Shown: one piece after another, positions 61,736 through 64,000 of the stretch
Numbering within the stretch: the stretch's first letter is position 1
Layout of the letters: every line of letters starts with the position of its first letter
From: Camelus ferus
Taxonomy: Eukaryota
Direction of reading: 5' to 3'
DNA length: 64,000 nt
NCBI RefSeq assembly: GCF_009834535.1
Contig: NC_045697.1
Location: 99,512,001 to 99,576,000 of the forward strand
Notes under the pieces: generated by a model
What the model was told of the DNA's origin: nothing
Databases searched by the model: none
Seen by the model: only the letters and a program-made list of their open reading frames with translations
Made by a program: the position numbers and the translations under genes

Positions 61736-63381
61736 AAATGACATCCTCAAAATTGATTCAAGAGAAAAATAAACCTAACAACAATAAACCTGCAACCATC
61801 TGCAAGTAAAATATTCTCTATATCCTCCTTAACCTCCTAACCTCCAAACATCTTGGACCCAGACAGTTTTATAGGAATTAAAACAGATAATCCTAATATT
61901 ATAAAAATATTTCAGATAATTGAAAAAGTGAAAAAACCACCTAATTCATTTTATAAAGCTAGTATAACTTTGAAATTAAAACTAGAAAGGGATAGCATGA
62001 GAGAATCATGAAACAATTATATTTCATTTATGAACATAGGAAAATCCTAAGTAAAATAAGAACAAATTGAATTCAACATACCTATATCTATTATTGATAA
62101 AAATGATACATCCTAATTAAATAGAATTTTTCCATTATGCAAGGATGTTGCAACATCATAAAATATATGAGTGTAATTAGCACTGTCAGATTGAAAGAGA
62201 AGTCATTCTCAACAGGTGCAAAAAATATGTTGGGATAAAATTAAATATATAAGATTTTAAAAAATCTTAGTAAATTATGAATAAAAGAGATGTGGACTCA
62301 CTGTTTCTAGATTCACTGTTTCAGCTCTATCACCTAATATTTTCTCCTCAACGCAACTAACTCAGGCTATAATCGTCACCATTTCACTGCCAAGTTTAAT
62401 GGAAAATTGTTATTTTAGTCTGAGCAGCTCTGATACAGAGGATCTCTCCCTCCTTCTTGGAATACTCTCTTCCCTGGACAACTATGATTCTATACTCCCC
62501 GGGTTTTCCTCCTAGATCAGTGGTCATCCATTCTCATTCTATTCACTGGTGCCACCGTAAATGTTAAAGCTCCCTGGAATTCAGCCCTCTCTTCTCTTTA
62601 TTTTCTCTCCTCTCTTTACACTTGCCATCCTGATGATTTTATTCATTCTTGTGACTTTAAACACTATGTGTCTACTGATAACACCCAAAGGCATATTCAG
62701 CTCCAACCGCCTATTTGGCATCTTCACTGAATGTAAAATAAGGATCTCAAACCTAATTTGTCCAAAGCAGGACTCTTGGTTTCCCTTTTTCTTCTGCTGA
62801 CAAACAACCTTTTCCTCTCCAGGGAATTCCTAACTCTGTTAAGGCAACTTCACTTACTGTTGCTCAGGTCAGATACATTGGATCATCCAGAACTGCTCTC
62901 TTTCCCTCCATCACACACCCAATCCATCACCACACCTGGTTAGTTTCATCTTCAGATAGATCCTTAACCCAAGCAGTTCTTACTACCCCCCTAACTACCA
63001 ACATGGTGCAAGCCAGCATAATGTCTTACACAATTGAACACAATTGCCTCCCAACTGGTCTCTCAGCTTCCATTCTTGTTCCCTACAGACAATTCTGCCA
63101 ACAGCAGCCAGAGAGAACTTCTTAAACATAATTCAATTCAAATCATGTCCCTTCTTGTGACTCCTCAAAGCCTTCTGTTGGTAGTTAGAGTAAATTCCAA
63201 CCTATGTGGCCTGGCAGCGCTACCTCAGTGACTCATCTCCCACTGCTGTTATCCCTGCTGGCTTCCTTCTGGTCACACTGCTCTTCATCTGCTTCTTGGT
63301 CACAGTAGGTTATGCCTAACTCAGGCATTTCTTTCATTGCCCCCTGCATGGACTGCCTTTCTTCCAGACTGTCACATGGCT

Positions 63382-63787
63382 TGTGCTGCTCAGCCAGATC
63401 CCCTTTGGTAGGGTCTTGTTACCTCACCTCCTAGAATCTCAGTGGACAGCCTGCAGTGGATGGCCTGTTCCACTTTAGCTGAAGAAAACCACCTTGTTCA
63501 CGGTCATACTACTTCCTGGGATGGCCGCATCTAACATCTGGTCCTTGCAAGGGTATAAGGGCCATGCTTCCTTGCCCCTACTTACTCTACCCCTTGAGTG
63601 GGGTCATAGGAGCTCTAGAGCTCTCTAGTGAAACGGGCAAGGCTGTTGCTGGACCTGCACTGAAGCTCCACTTCTCTTCTGCCCACTCTTCCCCTGTCTC
63701 CCCTCACTCGCACAGGTGTTGGTCCCAAGGGCATTTCTTAATATGTGCCCTGCATGCTGAGTTCCATCTCAAGCCTGCAGCACACAA
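63382..63787 (+). mobile_element. ERVL LTR16-like solo LTR
   Basis: cagccagatccccttt...cacaggtgttggtcccaagggcatttcttaatatgtgccctgcatgctgagttccatctcaagcctgc resembles the recalled LTR16 3' end; it splits contiguous L2 sequence. Confidence 0.55.
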
Positions 63788-63911
63788 CTCACCTCACTTA
63801 TTCAGTTCTCTGCTCAAGTATTCGTTTCTCAGAGAGGCCTTCCCTGAACCCCACCTAAATAAGCATTCCCCTGTCACTCTTTATTTTTCTTCATATCGTG
63901 TACCAGTTCCT

Positions 63912-63913
<2 letters not shown>

Positions 63914-63957
<44 letters not shown>
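63914..63957. repeat. (GT)~22 microsatellite
   Basis: Read directly from the sequence. Confidence 0.95.
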
Positions 63958-63959
<2 letters not shown>

Positions 63960-64000
63960 CTCTCTCTACCTTGTTAAGCTCCATGAAGGACTTCGTCACA

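Larger units (their letters stand above)
55770..62290 (+). mobile_element. Ancient, highly decayed L1 (ORF1 to mid-ORF2 relic) broken by several later insertions
   Basis: ORF1-like DNA at 55770-56400 (ggctgagaaatttccagagttga...aatcctaaaagctaccagaggaaaaaga). ORF2-like pieces in order at ~56950-57105, 59830-60770, 61030-61250 and 61740-62290 (cctaattcattttataaagctagtataactttga...atgcaaggatg...ctcaacaggtgcaaaaaa). Confidence 0.65.
62350..64000 (+). mobile_element. L2 LINE fragment interrupted by an LTR16-like element
   Basis: ctccctccttcttggaatactctcttccctgg...atctcaaacctaatttgtccaaagcaggactcttg...cacatggct, then the LTR, then cacctcacttattcagttctctgctcaag...tctcagagaggccttccctga...taagctccatgaagga. 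Confidence 0.75.

Noticed and set aside
1..64000. CRISPR array, prokaryotic operon or other new multi-gene system
   Set aside because: No regularly spaced repeats or gene-dense coding DNA; the window is explained by one vertebrate exon, its regulatory DNA and mammalian repeats.

Overview
Mammalian genomic DNA, probably camelid (inferred from a young tRNA-derived SINE and a young L1 3' end). The window holds the promoter and coding exon 1 of MAML3 (Mastermind-like 3, Notch/CSL co-activator) on the minus strand: ATG at 40595, splice donor after 40119, 159 codons. Positions 1-40118 are the proximal part of intron 1, with no further exon seen. Positions ~41450-64000 are upstream intergenic DNA that becomes densely and nestedly filled with L1, L2, MIR and LTR relics. 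I see no novel multi-gene system. The most interesting signals are: (1) a ~850-nt 5' leader with 11 upstream AUGs in 9 uORFs, including a cap-proximal poly-Glu/poly-Ala uORF and a TAATG stop-start overlap; (2) an exon-1 read-through frame that would encode a natural dominant-negative-like MAML3; (3) a possible TATA-driven antisense promoter inside the intronic CpG island; (4) a perfect 26-bp alternating purine/pyrimidine palindrome; (5) an orphan CpG-rich enhancer-like block at ~25-26.7 kb; (6) a possible retroposed or transduced segment attached to an old L1. Repeat family names come from recalled consensus sequences, not from a database search, and their boundaries are approximate unless a target-site duplication (TSD) is given.
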